Shown here in pieces: positions 31,621 to 41,809 of a stretch of DNA of 64,000 nucleotides. The stretch spans positions 49,290 through 113,289 of the forward strand of contig LDXN01000001.1 in the NCBI GenBank assembly GCA_001443445.1, given 5' to 3'. Source of the DNA: Candidatus Dadabacteria bacterium CSP1-2 (lineage in GTDB: Bacteria; Desulfobacterota_D; UBA1144; Nemesobacterales; CSP1-2). Under the pieces are notes generated by a model that was not told the origin of the DNA, ran no database searches, and saw only the letters and a program-made list of their open reading frames with translations. How positions within the stretch are numbered: the first letter of the stretch is position 1; each line of letters starts with the position of its first letter. Made by a program: the position numbers and the translations under genes.

Positions 31621-31635
31621 ATTCCAATCGAATAT

Positions 31636-31672
31636 GTAGAGACGCATTGCAATGCGTCTCTACGTTATTTTT
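31636..31672 (+). terminator. intrinsic-terminator-like hairpin between frdA and frdB
   Basis: A perfect 12-bp stem GTAGAGACGCAT-TGCA-ATGCGTCTCTAC followed by GTTATTTTTAA. Confidence 0.6.
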
Positions 31673-31686
31673 AATCGGAGCAGAAA

Positions 31687-32442
31687 ATGGAAAAGACGAT
31701 GAAATTGGAGATATTTAGGTATCGTCCGGACCAGGAGGATCAACCGAGGTTTCAAACGTACGAAGTTCCCTTTAGGGAGGACTGGGTAGTTCTTGATGCG
31801 ATCAACTATATCAAGGATGAAATTGACGGGACGCTTTCCTACCGTTGGTCCTGCCGTATGGGTGTGTGTGGGAGTTGTGGAATGATGGTAAACGGTATTC
31901 CGAAGCTCACGTGCGCCACTTTTCTTAAGGACTACTATCCGGACAAGATTCGGGTAGAGCCGCTCACAGGGTTTCCCGTACAGCGAGACCTTGTGATAGT
32001 TATGGATGACTTCATCCATAAACTCAGAGAGATAAAGCCGTGGATAATTCGGCGTGAGGGCGAGGAGAAGCCAATTGAGGGGGGGGAATACCTACAGACC
32101 CCAGCCGAACTCGAACAGTACAAGCAATACTCGATGTGCATAAATTGCATGCTTTGCTACGCAGCATGTCCTGTATATGCTCTTGACAACACGTTCGTTG
32201 GTCCGGCAGCCATTGCGCTCGCACAACGCTATAACATGGATTCCCGAGACCAGGGACGGGACCAGCGTCAGGAAATCATCGCGAGCCACGAAGGCATTTG
32301 GGAATGTACCTTCGTCGGCGAGTGCAGCGTAGTCTGTCCTAAGGCTGTAGACCCTGCGGGAGCTATCCAGAGATCAAAAGTATCGAGCACAATTGACTGG
32401 TATAAGGAAGTGCTAATACCATGGGGGGGAAAGAAGAGATGA
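31687..32442 (+). CDS. frdB: fumarate reductase/succinate dehydrogenase iron-sulfur subunit
   Basis: 251 aa: 2Fe-2S '[15 protein letters not shown]', 4Fe-4S '[12 protein letters not shown]', 3Fe-4S '[12 protein letters not shown]'. Confidence 0.9.
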   Translation: MEKTMKLEIFRYRPDQEDQPRFQTYEVPFREDWVVLDAINYIKDEIDGTLSYRWSCRMGVCGSCGMMVNGIPKLTCATFLKDYYPDKIRVEPLTGFPVQRDLVIVMDDFIHKLREIKPWIIRREGEEKPIEGGEYLQTPAELEQYKQYSMCINCMLCYAACPVYALDNTFVGPAAIALAQRYNMDSRDQGRDQRQEIIASHEGIWECTFVGECSVVCPKAVDPAGAIQRSKVSSTIDWYKEVLIPWGGKKR

Positions 32443-32822
32443 AACCTTATCGCCGACCTGTTCCAAACACGTGGTGGCTTGAGCGGCGCTCCTACTTCCT
32501 TTTTATAGTCCGTGAGCTGGCGTCGGTCTTTGTGGCGGCGTATAGTGTCTTTTTGTTGCTGGTCATCTACAAGCTTGGCCAAGGACCTGAGGCTTATGAA
32601 GGGATGATTGAACTTCTCAGGTCGCCTGCCCTTATAGTTTTTCACTTAGTCGTCCTTGCGTTCGCAGTTTATCACAGCATTACCTGGTTCAACCTTACTC
32701 CGAAGATCCTTGTTCTGTTTGTTGGAGAAGTGCGAGTCCCGCCACTCCTTATCGCCGGAGCTCATTACTTCGCTTGGCTGGTTCTTTCGGCCCTAGTGGC
32801 CTGGGTCATATTGAGGGCATAA
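32439..32822 (+). CDS. frdC: fumarate reductase membrane anchor subunit C (E. coli FrdC-like, heme-less type)
   Basis: '[31 protein letters not shown]' aligns closely to E. coli FrdC '[31 protein letters not shown]'. ATGA overlap with frdB. Confidence 0.85.
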   Translation: MKPYRRPVPNTWWLERRSYFLFIVRELASVFVAAYSVFLLLVIYKLGQGPEAYEGMIELLRSPALIVFHLVVLAFAVYHSITWFNLTPKILVLFVGEVRVPPLLIAGAHYFAWLVLSALVAWVILRA

Positions 32823-32824
32823 CT

Positions 32825-33175
32825 ATGAGCAAATCAAACGAACCAATCTGGTGGTCTTTGTTTGCGGCGGGAGGTGTTGTTTCTGCGTTCTTCGTCCCAA
32901 TTCTGATAATTATAATAGGTATCGTCTTACCATTTGGCTTAGTAGGAGACGAACCATTTGTCTACGAGCGGATACACGGTGCCGTTTCTCATCCGGTGAC
33001 AAAGCTTCTTCTTTTCTTTCTTATTGTGCTTACTTTCTTTATCTGGGCTCATCGCTTTCGCTACACGCTTGTTCACATGGGGCTGCACAAGGCACGGTCT
33101 GTCATCTCAGTCTTTTGCTATGGCAGTGCTATAGTCGGCACAATCCTCACAGCTATCATACTCTGGCAGATTTAA
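32825..33175 (+). CDS. frdD: fumarate reductase membrane anchor subunit D (FrdD-like)
   Basis: 'MSKSNEPIWWSLFAAGGVVSAFFVPILIIIIGIVLPFGL' aligns to E. coli FrdD '[37 protein letters not shown]'. The longer ORF from 32774 overlaps frdC. Confidence 0.85.
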   Translation: MSKSNEPIWWSLFAAGGVVSAFFVPILIIIIGIVLPFGLVGDEPFVYERIHGAVSHPVTKLLLFFLIVLTFFIWAHRFRYTLVHMGLHKARSVISVFCYGSAIVGTILTAIILWQI

Positions 33176-33333
33176 AAAAACCCGTAAGTATTTAGCCACG
33201 AATTATCACTAATAAGCGGATTTTGGATTATGGAACATAGCGATTTCGGGTTTTGAATTGGAGAGTAAAACATTAGCTACAGAGATCACGAAGAACACAG
33301 AGAAAAGATTAAAAAATGAATTTTAGTTCGTAG

Positions 33334-33370
33334 GGGCGAACGGCCGTTCGCCCTAAAGGTTTGTTTTTTC
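33334..33370 (+). terminator. terminator hairpin GGGCGAACGGCCGTTCGCCC + T-run after frd operon
   Basis: A perfect 20-bp palindrome followed by TAAAGGTTTGTTTTTTCC. A related hairpin 'GGGCGAACCTTGCGTTCGCCC' occurs at 38044-38064. Confidence 0.6.
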
Positions 33371-33426
33371 CCCTTTCTGTGTCCTCTGTGGCTAAACAGT
33401 TATCTTAATTAGGAGGAAGAACAACT

Positions 33427-34590
33427 GTGAATATCCATGAATACCAGGCGAAAGAGTTGCTGGCAAAGTATGTCCCAGCAGGAAAGGTCGCTTTTACACC
33501 TGAAGAAGCTTATCAGATAGCTCAGGATCTAAGATGTACAAAACTCGTTGTGAAGGCACAGATTCATGCGGGTGGAAGAGGCAAGGGAGGAGGAATAAAG
33601 CTTGCCAATAGCCCTGATGAGGTAAGACGAATCGCTTCGGAGATGCTCGGTATGCGTCTTGTCACTCATCAAACAGGTGCGGAAGGAAAGATTGTTAGAA
33701 AGGTACTCATAGAAGAGGCCTCGGATATTGAAAGAGAGCTTTATCTAGGAGTTGTGATTGATAGGTCTACAGAAAGAATCGTTTTAATGGCAAGTCCTGA
33801 GGGTGGTGTTGAAATTGAAGAAATTGCTAGGACAAAACCAAAAAAAATCCTTAAGGAATATGTCGATCCTGCCTTAGGGCTTTTACCCTTTCAGTGTAGA
33901 AAGATTGCATACTTCTTGGGGCTTAATGGAAAAACCGCAAATAAGGCAGTGAATCTTATTTCAGGTCTATATCAAGCATTCGTAGATAATGACTGCTCAC
34001 TTGCAGAGATAAATCCACTTGTTGTTACACGTGAAGGTGATGTTCTCGCTCTTGATGTCAAGTTGAACTTTGACGATAATGCACTTTTTCGTCACCCTGA
34101 GATCGAAAAGCTCCGTGACCCAGAGGAGGAAGACCCGACGGAACTCGAGGCAAAGAAGTGGGGTCTTAGCTATGTGAAGCTAAATGGAAATATTGGATGC
34201 CTTGTAAATGGTGCTGGTCTTGCAATGGCGACGATGGATATTATTAAGTATTACGGAAGCGAACCCGCAAACTTTTTAGATGTTGGAGGTGGAGCTAGCA
34301 CTGAGCAGGTTACCCAAGCCTTTAAGATGATTCTTCGCGATCAAAATGTGAAAGCTGTGTTTGTGAATATTTTCGGCGGCATCATGAAGTGTGACACTAT
34401 TGCTACAGGAATTATAACAGCGGCTAAAGAGGTTGGGATAAAAGTACCAATTGTTGTAAGGCTTGAGGGCACTAACGTAGAGCTAGGAAGAAAGATGCTT
34501 GCTGAGTCTGGTTTAAATATTACAACAGGAGCCGATATGCGTGAGGCTGCTGCAAAGGCTGTCGCTGCGGCGGGGGGGAAGTTATCTTAG
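33427..34590 (+). CDS. sucC: succinyl-CoA synthetase (ADP-forming) beta subunit; GTG start
   Basis: '[15 protein letters not shown]' (E. coli 'MNLHEYQAKQLFARY') and the ATP-grasp domain. RBS AGGAGGA. No sucD gene follows. Confidence 0.9.
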   Translation: MNIHEYQAKELLAKYVPAGKVAFTPEEAYQIAQDLRCTKLVVKAQIHAGGRGKGGGIKLANSPDEVRRIASEMLGMRLVTHQTGAEGKIVRKVLIEEASDIERELYLGVVIDRSTERIVLMASPEGGVEIEEIARTKPKKILKEYVDPALGLLPFQCRKIAYFLGLNGKTANKAVNLISGLYQAFVDNDCSLAEINPLVVTREGDVLALDVKLNFDDNALFRHPEIEKLRDPEEEDPTELEAKKWGLSYVKLNGNIGCLVNGAGLAMATMDIIKYYGSEPANFLDVGGGASTEQVTQAFKMILRDQNVKAVFVNIFGGIMKCDTIATGIITAAKEVGIKVPIVVRLEGTNVELGRKMLAESGLNITTGADMREAAAKAVAAAGGKLS

Positions 34591-34896
34591 TTCGGTGTTG
34601 TTTCTATTAATTTCCTTATTCACTTTAATGTAGCGGCGACCTCCGACCTCCATTCGACACGCTCCAGGACAGGTCGGGTCGCCATAAGGCATTGTAGGCA
34701 CGAACTTGTTCGTGCCAAAAATAGCACAGACAAGTCTGTGCCTACAATATTCGACAAGGGTAAAAGATGTAGTCACCATAAAGGACATGGGGAAGGCTAA
34801 AGCCTTCCACTACATTTGAAGAAAAAAGGTAGCGGAATCCTTATGACATTTGATTTGCTAAACAGGTAACAAGCTAAAAAAGGATAGGTAACGAAT

Positions 34897-34966
34897 CCCT
34901 TCGGCCAAGCTCAGGGCATGCTTGCTCGTTGCCGTCCACCAGCAAGACTGGCGGACTACCCTACCT
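34897..34966. repeat. MITE family B copy (reverse orientation of the 3594-3697 copy)
   Basis: 'CTCAGGGCATGCTTGCTCGTTGCCGTCCACCAGCAAGACTGGCGGACTACCCTACC' is the reverse complement of the 5' half of the 3594 element, with a few mismatches. Confidence 0.7.
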
Positions 34967-35136
34967 TGGTATTTATTAGCTAATTAAATTTTTCAAAAAA
35001 CGTTAGGTTTCCATTTGTGGAAGATTTTATTATCTCGTTTAACATCCCTAAAACACATAAATTATTATTAAATAAACCTTGACATTACCCCTTTGATGAT
35101 TAGCTTTAGGTAATGGAGGTTAACCACGTGAGGGAA

Positions 35137-36009
35137 CTTGCAATTCGTGATCCTTTAAAATTGTTTCTTGGAGAAATTGAGAAATATCCGGTACTTAGCC
35201 GAGAAGAGGAATATGAGCTTGCTCTTAAGCATTATGAAGAAGGAGACCTTGAGGCGGCGAGGCAACTCGTTGTTTCAAATCTTAGATTTGTTGTAAAAAT
35301 AGCCTCTCAATATACATCTTATGGGTTTCCACTACTTGACTTAATACAAGAGGGCACAATCGGCTTAATGAGGGCTATTATGAAATTCAACCCTTACAGG
35401 GGTTATAGGCTAATATCCTATGCCGTTTGGTGGATTAAGGCGAGGATTCAAAGCTATATTATGAAATCATGGAGTCTTGTAAAAATTGGAACAACCCAGG
35501 CACAGAGAAAGCTTTTTCAAAGCATTGGAAAGGCAAAGAGGGAGCTTAGCATTTCACATGATGAATTGACAAATGAAGATTTAAAAAATATCGCCGATTT
35601 TTTTGATGTAAGAGAAAAGGACGTTCTTGGTATGGAGATGAGGATGGCAGGCAGGGATTTTTCCCTTAACATGGCATCAAGCGATGATGAGAGTATTACA
35701 TACCTTGATTCTATACCTGACTCTAGAGAAAACCAGGAAGATATAATTAACTCGGTTGAAACGAACGAAATGATAGAGGAAAGCATGCAGGACGGTTTTA
35801 ACAAACTTTCTCAAAAAGAGCGATACATTGTTGAGAAGAGGTATCTTGCTAATCCACCACTTAAGCTCAAGGATCTTGGTAGCGAGCTTGGAATTTCTAA
35901 AGAAAGGGTGCGACAGATAGAATCTCAAGCACTAAAAAAGCTTCGTATGGTTGTAGAAAATCGCTTGAACCATGGTTATTCTATTGAAAAGTCTGAAACA
36001 CAAATCTAG
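35137..36009 (+). CDS. rpoH: RNA polymerase sigma-32 factor (heat-shock sigma); alternative ATG start at 35113
   Basis: Sigma-70 regions 2 and 4, plus the RpoH box '[10 protein letters not shown]' (consensus Q(R/K)(K/R)LFFNLR). GTG at 35137 is preceded by GGAGG. It sits directly upstream of dnaK. Confidence 0.8.
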   Translation, partial: LAIRDPLKLFLGEIEKYPVLSREEEYELALKHYEEGDLEAARQLVVSNLRFVVKIASQYTSYGFPLLDLIQEGTIGLMRAIMKFNPYRGYRLISYAVWWIKARIQSYIMKSWSLVKIGTTQAQRKLFQSIGKAKRELSISHDELTNEDLKNIADFFDVREKDVLGMEMRMAGRDFSLNMASSDDESITYLDSIPDSRENQEDIINSVETNEMIEESMQDGFNKLSQKERYIVEKRYLANPPLKLKDLGSELGISKERVRQIESQALKKLRMVVENRLNHGYSIEKSETQI

Positions 36010-36020
36010 GAGGAGATTAT

Positions 36021-37946
36021 ATGGCAAGTAAGAAGATAATAGGAATTGACCTCGGCACTACGAATTCAGTTGTTGCAATAGTAGAGGGCGGTGAACCAAA
36101 GGTTCTTATAAACGAGGAGGGTTCAAGGCTTACGCCTTCGGTTGTCGGTTTTACTAAAGATGGTGAGATTCTTGTTGGAGGACCGGCAAAGAGACAAGCT
36201 GTAGTAAACCCAGAAAATACGATTTATTCAATTAAAAGGCTTATGGGAAGGCGTTATGAAGAGGCGACTGATGAAGCGAAGCGTCTTCCTTATAAAGTAG
36301 TGAAGGCCTCCGTTGGCGATGCATGGGTTGAGGCAATGGGAAAGCAGTATTCTCCTCCTCAGCTCTCAGCATACGTGCTGATGAAACTAAAGAAGGCTGC
36401 CGAGACTTACTTGGGAGAGGAAGTATCGGAAGCAGTAATAACTGTTCCTGCTTATTTCAATGATAGCCAGAGACAGGCTACAAAAGATGCGGGAAAGATC
36501 GCAGGCTTGAATGTTAGGAGAATCATCAATGAGCCGACAGCAGCAGCGCTTGCATATGGATTTGATAAGAGAAAGGAAGGGACTATTGTGGTTTATGACC
36601 TTGGTGGTGGTACATTTGATATCTCTATCTTAGAGGTTGGTGACAATGTAATCGAGGTAAAATCAACAAATGGCAACACCCACTTGGGTGGGGATGATTT
36701 TGATAGGCGTGTTATGGATTATCTAATCAGTGAGTTCAAGAAGGAAACTGGAATTGATTTAGGTCGAGATAAAATAGCGCTCCAAAGGCTTCGCGAGGCT
36801 TCAGAGAAGGCGAAGTGTGAGCTTTCGTCAACGCTAGAAACAGAGATTAATCTTCCTTTCATCACTGCAGATGCGGCTGGCCCGCGACATTTAATTATGA
36901 AACTCACTCGATCAAAGCTTGAGCAGCTCATAGAAGACCTAATAATCGGCACGCTTGATCCCTGTCGTCAAGCCCTTAAGGATGCAGGTTTAAAGTCGAG
37001 TGACATAAACGAGATTATTCTTGTTGGAGGATCTATTAGAACCCCGTACGTTCAGAAGGTTGTAAGCGACTTCTTTGGGAAGGAGCCGCATAAGGGGATA
37101 AATCCCGATGAGGTAGTTGCTGTAGGGGCTGCGATTCAGGGCGCTGTACTTGGCGGGGAGGTAAGGGATGTTCTTCTGCTTGATGTAACGCCGCTTTCAC
37201 TGGGGATCGAGACCCTTGGCGGTGTTATGACATCAATAATCGGAAGAAATACCACTATTCCTACAAAAAAGAGTCAGATATTTACCACCGCTGACGATAG
37301 TCAGACATCCGTTGAGATTCATGTGCTCCAAGGTGAGCGTCCTATGGCTCGTGATAACAGGACTCTTGCTAGATTTATTCTTGATGGAATTCCACCCGCA
37401 CCAAGAGGAATACCACAAGTAGAGGTTGGGTTTGATATTGATGCTGATGGCATACTTCATGTAGGCGCTAAGGATCTTGCTACACAGAAGGAGCAGAAAA
37501 TGAGGGTAGAGGCATCAAGCGGGTTAAGCAAGGAGCAGGTTGAGAAGATGGTAAAGGAAGCAGAGGAGCAGGCTGAAGAGGATAAGAAGCGTCGCGAGTT
37601 TGTTGAAAATAGAAATAGACTCGACGACTTGATTTATAGAACAGATAAGAGCTTTAAAGAGCTTAAGGATAAGCTCTCTGAGGGTGATAGAAAGGAGCTA
37701 GAGGATGCACTTGAAGAGGGTAGGAAGGTTCTTAAAAGTGAGGATATAAACGAGATCCAAACGGCGATGGAGAGAATTACCAAGGCGTCCCATAAGATAG
37801 CAGAGGTTGCCTACAAACAGGCTTCAGGAACGGGGGCAGGAGCAGGAACCGGAACATACGGAGCTGGCGAGGGAACTGAGGGAGGCGAAGCAGGAAAGAA
37901 AAAGGGCGGCGATGACGTTATAGATGCTGAGTTTACTGAAAAGTAG
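36021..37946 (+). CDS. dnaK: molecular chaperone DnaK (Hsp70)
   Basis: 641 aa: '[10 protein letters not shown]', 'DLGGGTFD', '[15 protein letters not shown]', and a C-terminal GGAP-rich tail. Confidence 0.95.
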   Translation: MASKKIIGIDLGTTNSVVAIVEGGEPKVLINEEGSRLTPSVVGFTKDGEILVGGPAKRQAVVNPENTIYSIKRLMGRRYEEATDEAKRLPYKVVKASVGDAWVEAMGKQYSPPQLSAYVLMKLKKAAETYLGEEVSEAVITVPAYFNDSQRQATKDAGKIAGLNVRRIINEPTAAALAYGFDKRKEGTIVVYDLGGGTFDISILEVGDNVIEVKSTNGNTHLGGDDFDRRVMDYLISEFKKETGIDLGRDKIALQRLREASEKAKCELSSTLETEINLPFITADAAGPRHLIMKLTRSKLEQLIEDLIIGTLDPCRQALKDAGLKSSDINEIILVGGSIRTPYVQKVVSDFFGKEPHKGINPDEVVAVGAAIQGAVLGGEVRDVLLLDVTPLSLGIETLGGVMTSIIGRNTTIPTKKSQIFTTADDSQTSVEIHVLQGERPMARDNRTLARFILDGIPPAPRGIPQVEVGFDIDADGILHVGAKDLATQKEQKMRVEASSGLSKEQVEKMVKEAEEQAEEDKKRREFVENRNRLDDLIYRTDKSFKELKDKLSEGDRKELEDALEEGRKVLKSEDINEIQTAMERITKASHKIAEVAYKQASGTGAGAGTGTYGAGEGTEGGEAGKKKGGDDVIDAEFTEK

Positions 37947-38337
37947 ATAGTATATTAAAAGCTGTTGTTTGTCACAAGGTAGCTATTGTAACCCCAATTC
38001 TATATTAAAACGCAGAACAAAATTTAGAGTCAATTTGTATTGGGCGAACCTTGCGTTCGCCCAATACGGGCAACCGCGAGGGCATTTGTTACAACATAAC
38101 ATAAGGGATCAAAGGCAATTAACGTGGCACCCCAATGTCAATTTGCAAGGATAGGCAGGACTTTCTAGTCCTTCATTGGCAGACGGGGTTAGAAAACCCC
38201 GCCTGCCCGATGTCCTTCTGTCCCAGACTTTGCTTAGTCAGCGCCGCTAGGGTTACCCCCCAATGTTTATCGCCGGATTAGATATGCAAAGATCATACGC
38301 TTTCCTCTACATGAATTTAAGACCTGAAGGGTAGACG

Positions 38338-38420
38338 AAACCTTGAGGCTTCCATTGAGTCGCGGCATGGCCTGTCCTGAGCGTGGTCGAAGGGACGCTC
38401 CCAACCTGTCATACCCGAAT
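38338..38420. repeat. MITE family B-related repeat inside 694-bp noncoding region
   Basis: 'CGCGGCATGGCCTGTCCTGAGCGTGGTCGAAGGGACGCTCC'. It sits next to other hairpins: 38044-38064, 38180-38207, 38417-38441 and 38537-38560. Confidence 0.55.
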
Positions 38421-38640
38421 GAAGTTATCGGGTATCTATACTTTTTTGGATTCCCAATAAAGACGTTTGGGAATGACAAAGCAAAATGGGTATCGAAGGG
38501 ATGGTGTTCCTACCTGTCGCGGCACATTTTTTAGGTAAAGACGCAAAATTTTGCGTCTTTACTAGGAATTTCCGTTTTTCTGAATTCTTGCTTCTTTCTC
38601 GTTTCGATGTAAAATTAGATATTTAAACAGGAGGTCTTTA

Positions 38641-38853
38641 ATGAAAGCGGGTATTCATCCAGAGTATAAAGAGGTCGTCGTCACGTGTGCCTGTGGGGCA
38701 ACATATAAAACCAGGTCAACACGCTCAGGTAACTTCACTGTGGAAATCTGCTCTAACTGCCATCCCTTCTACACGGGAAAGGAAAGAACTGCCGAAGCAA
38801 AGGGTAGAGTTGAGAGATTTAGAAGGAGATATGGGGAAAAAGAGGCTTCTTAG
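38641..38853 (+). CDS. rpmE: 50S ribosomal protein L31 (type A, Zn-ribbon)
   Basis: 70 aa: 'MKAGIHPEYKEVVVTCACG...CSNCHPFYTGK'. Confidence 0.9.
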   Translation: MKAGIHPEYKEVVVTCACGATYKTRSTRSGNFTVEICSNCHPFYTGKERTAEAKGRVERFRRRYGEKEAS

Positions 38854-38879
38854 GATTTCTCCCTATATATTAATTTCCC

Positions 38880-39000
38880 AAGATTCGTGAATCGTGATTT
38901 GGTGCTCGTGGTTTGTCCGACTGAGCCGTTTGTCCGGAGGCTTCGTCGTGAGCTCAGCCGAACGGCTCAAGACGAAGTCGAATCACGAAACCCGTACCAC
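38880..39000. repeat. REP-like 'CACGAA/TTCGTG' element with nested hairpins (family F)
   Basis: 'TTCGTGAATCGTGATTTGGTGCTCGTGGTTTG...CGAATCACGAAACCCGTACCAC' with an inner 'GAGCCGTT/AACGGCTC' stem. Confidence 0.55.
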
Positions 39001-39098
39001 TATTCACAAACCATGCACTATTCAATAAGTAATAACAGAGCTTTACAAATAAGCTATCATCGCCATATAATATAGAAAAATCATGGAGGTCACCTCAT

Positions 39099-41180
39099 AT
39101 GAAAGAGTATCCCCGTAGAAATGTAAGAAACGTAGCGATAATAGCTCATCATGGTGCTGGAAAAACCTCGCTTGCCGAAGCGATGCTTTTTCTCAGCGGG
39201 GCCACTCAGAAGCTCGGAAAGGTGGACGATGGCTCTTCCATTTTAGATTACGAATTAGAGGAACAAAACAGGAGGATGTCAATCAATTCGCATGTAGCGT
39301 TTTATGAGTGGAACGATCATTTTGTGAACCTAGTAGACACTCCGGGATTTGCCAACTTTTTGTTTGAGGCTGAAAGCGCACTCAGGGTTGTAGACGGCGC
39401 AATAGTGATTGTAAGTGCTATCACTGGAGTAAAAGCACAGACGCAAAAATTCTGGCAGGTAGCGGCGGATTTAGGTATCCCTAGGGTGCTTTTTATGAAC
39501 AAGTTGGATAGAGAGAGGGCAAGTTTTGAAAACGGTATTGCTGATATAGAAAAGGATTTAGGGATTCGGCCCGTACCTATTACGATTCCCATTGGAGAAG
39601 AAGAGAATTTTAAAGGTGTTGTAGATGTAATAGAAATGAAGGCACATATCTATGGAGAAGGTGGGAAATACTCTAACGAAAGCATCCCAAAGGATTTAGA
39701 GAGTCAGGCAAATGTATGGAGAGAAAGATTGGTTGAGTCCGTTGCTGAGATTAATGATGAATTGCTCGAAAAGTATCTAGGGGGGGAAACCTTTGATAAC
39801 GCATTAATTTACAAGATGCTAAGGGAAGGAGTACTAAACGCAAAAATAACTCCTGTTTATGTTGGCTCTGCTGTAAAGCTAATAGGAGTCAATCTGCTTA
39901 TGGATGGGGTTTGCCGTAACCTTCCATCTCCAATAGAGAGACCATCAATTAAGGCACAGAATATAAAAGGCGAAGAGGTAGAGAAAGAACCAAAGCTCGA
40001 AGAATCAATGTCTGCTTATGTGTTTAAAACTATATCTGATCCTTATGCAGGAAAGATAAGTATTATGAGGATATTTTCTGGCTCGATGAAAGCCGATTCA
40101 ACCATTTTCAACACTGGAAAAAAGTCGCGTGAGAAGATAGGTCAGTTATTCAGAATAAGTGGGAAAAAGCAATTTCCAGTTAGTCCCGCTCTATTTGGCG
40201 ACATTGTTACTGTTAATAAACTTAAGGATACTGAGACTGGGGATACCCTTTCCGATGAAGCTAATCCAATAATTATTCCTCATCAAGGCATGCCTCAAGC
40301 TGTTATATCATATGCGATTCAACCTAAGACTAGGGCGGATGAAGACAAGCTCATGTCATCACTAAGCAGAATCCGTGAGGAAGACCCAACAGTTCTATCT
40401 AGAAGGGATGAGGAAACAAAAGAGTTTCTTCTTTCTGGAACAGGACAGGTTCATGTAGAGATTACTGTAGATAAACTCAAGAATAAGTACGGCGTAAACG
40501 TGGAGATGAAAACACCCAAGGTACCATACAAGGAAACAATAAAGATGATGGCAAAGGCTGAGGGAAAATATATAAAGCAGACAGGTGGTAGAGGGCAATA
40601 TGGAGATGCTTGGCTTCAGGTTGAACCTCTTCAACGAAGCGGAGGATATGAGTTTGTTGATAGGATAGTAGGAGGTGTGATACCAAAGAACTTTATCCCT
40701 TCAGTAGAGAAGGGCGTTAAAGAGGCTATGCATAAGGGTATTCTTGCGGGTTATCCAGTAGTAGATGTTAAGGTAACGCTCTTTGATGGAAAATATCACC
40801 CTGTGGATTCTTCAGACATAGCGTTTAAGATTGCCGGCTCCATGGGCTTTAAGAAGGCGATGGAGATGGCTCAACCTGTAATTCTTGAACCTATAATGCG
40901 CGTCGAATCCATCACACCTGAAGACTGCTTAGGGGATGTGATAGGTGATATAAATGCAAGAAGAGGGAAAGTATCAGGGGTAGAGCCTCAAGCGGGGGGC
41001 CATGTCGTAAAGGCCTTGGTTCCCATGGCTGAGATTCTTACTTATGCACCTGAGCTAAGATCCATTACAAGCGGACGTGGTATGTTTTCCATGGAGTTTT
41101 CTCATTATGAAGAGGTTCCTAGTCACCTTGCTTCAAAGATTATCGAGGCAGTCTCAAAAGAAAAGGTGGCTGAAGAATGA
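39099..41180 (+). CDS. elongation factor G paralog (EF-G II-like) with non-canonical G motifs
   Basis: 693 aa with all five EF-G domains. G1 is 'AHHGAGKTS' (canonical AHIDAGKTT), switch II is 'DTPGFANF' (canonical DTPGHVDF, the catalytic His replaced by Phe), and G4 'NKLD' is intact. Confidence 0.8.
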   Translation: MKEYPRRNVRNVAIIAHHGAGKTSLAEAMLFLSGATQKLGKVDDGSSILDYELEEQNRRMSINSHVAFYEWNDHFVNLVDTPGFANFLFEAESALRVVDGAIVIVSAITGVKAQTQKFWQVAADLGIPRVLFMNKLDRERASFENGIADIEKDLGIRPVPITIPIGEEENFKGVVDVIEMKAHIYGEGGKYSNESIPKDLESQANVWRERLVESVAEINDELLEKYLGGETFDNALIYKMLREGVLNAKITPVYVGSAVKLIGVNLLMDGVCRNLPSPIERPSIKAQNIKGEEVEKEPKLEESMSAYVFKTISDPYAGKISIMRIFSGSMKADSTIFNTGKKSREKIGQLFRISGKKQFPVSPALFGDIVTVNKLKDTETGDTLSDEANPIIIPHQGMPQAVISYAIQPKTRADEDKLMSSLSRIREEDPTVLSRRDEETKEFLLSGTGQVHVEITVDKLKNKYGVNVEMKTPKVPYKETIKMMAKAEGKYIKQTGGRGQYGDAWLQVEPLQRSGGYEFVDRIVGGVIPKNFIPSVEKGVKEAMHKGILAGYPVVDVKVTLFDGKYHPVDSSDIAFKIAGSMGFKKAMEMAQPVILEPIMRVESITPEDCLGDVIGDINARRGKVSGVEPQAGGHVVKALVPMAEILTYAPELRSITSGRGMFSMEFSHYEEVPSHLASKIIEAVSKEKVAEE

Positions 41181-41185
41181 ATATC

Positions 41186-41239
41186 GTGAGGCGTTAGACG
41201 TAAAGCGTGAGGGGTAAGATGATTGTCTAACGCCTCACG
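41186..41239 (+). terminator. 15-bp perfect inverted repeat hairpin (CGTGAGGCGTTAGAC...GTCTAACGCCTCACG) after the EF-G-like gene
   Basis: Perfect 15-bp arms with a 24-nt loop. A weak T-tract follows ('GATTTATTTGTG'), so this may be a stabiliser rather than a terminator. Confidence 0.4.
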
Positions 41240-41293
41240 ACTTACGCCCTGCGATTTATTTGTGTCTTCGTAGCTAAGTGGTTAAGTATAAAA

Positions 41294-41809
41294 ATGATAA
41301 AACCCTATAATGGGATTTTTCCTAAGATACATTCAAGTGCATTTATTGCAGATAGCGCCGAGGTGATAGGAGACGTTACAATAGGCGAGGAATCTAGCGT
41401 ATGGTTTCAGACCGTCATCAGAGGAGATGTGAACTTTATCAAGATTGGAGCTAGAACAAACATTCAAGACAATAGCGTCTTGCATGTCACACATAATACC
41501 CATCCGGTTATAATCGGAAATGATGTTACAGCCGGTCACAGAGTTGTAATACATGGATGCACTATAAGTGATTGTGTTCTTATCGGGATAGGCGCAATTG
41601 TTCTTGATGGGGCAATCGTGGAAGAGAATTCAATAGTTGGTGCCGGAAGCTTGGTTGCACCGGGCTTTAAAGTTCCATCTGGAACCGTTGTAATGGGTGT
41701 TCCGGCAAAGGTAAGAAGGAAGCTAAGTCCTGAAGAGGTGATGCAAATAAAGCAGTCAGCAGCGAATTATATAGAATATTCAAAAAAACATAAGTTGGTT
41801 GGCGGTTAG
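41294..41809 (+). CDS. gamma-class carbonic anhydrase family protein (YrdA/PaaY-like, left-handed beta-helix)
   Basis: 171 aa with hexapeptide repeats: 'VWFQTVIRGDVNFIKIGARTNIQDNSVLH', 'IHGCTISDCVLIGIGAIVLDGAIV'. Confidence 0.8.
   Translation: MIKPYNGIFPKIHSSAFIADSAEVIGDVTIGEESSVWFQTVIRGDVNFIKIGARTNIQDNSVLHVTHNTHPVIIGNDVTAGHRVVIHGCTISDCVLIGIGAIVLDGAIVEENSIVGAGSLVAPGFKVPSGTVVMGVPAKVRRKLSPEEVMQIKQSAANYIEYSKKHKLVGG

Noticed and set aside
32774-32851. Long upstream extensions of frdD (from 32774) and an overlapping ORF at 32851-33195
   Set aside because: The alignment to E. coli FrdD starts at M32825. The extension would overlap frdC by 49 nt. The 32851 ORF is an alternative frame of frdD.
35040-35112. 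Possible sigma-32-type promoter (CTTGA...CCCCTTTGA) upstream of rpoH
   Set aside because: The spacing between the CTTGA and CCCC elements is only about 6 nt. It does not fit the sigma-32 or sigma-70 consensus well enough to call.
38887-39075. 62-aa ORF between rpmE and the EF-G-like gene
   Set aside because: It lies entirely within a REP/hairpin-rich spacer and has an Arg/Ser-rich low-complexity translation. Most likely non-coding.
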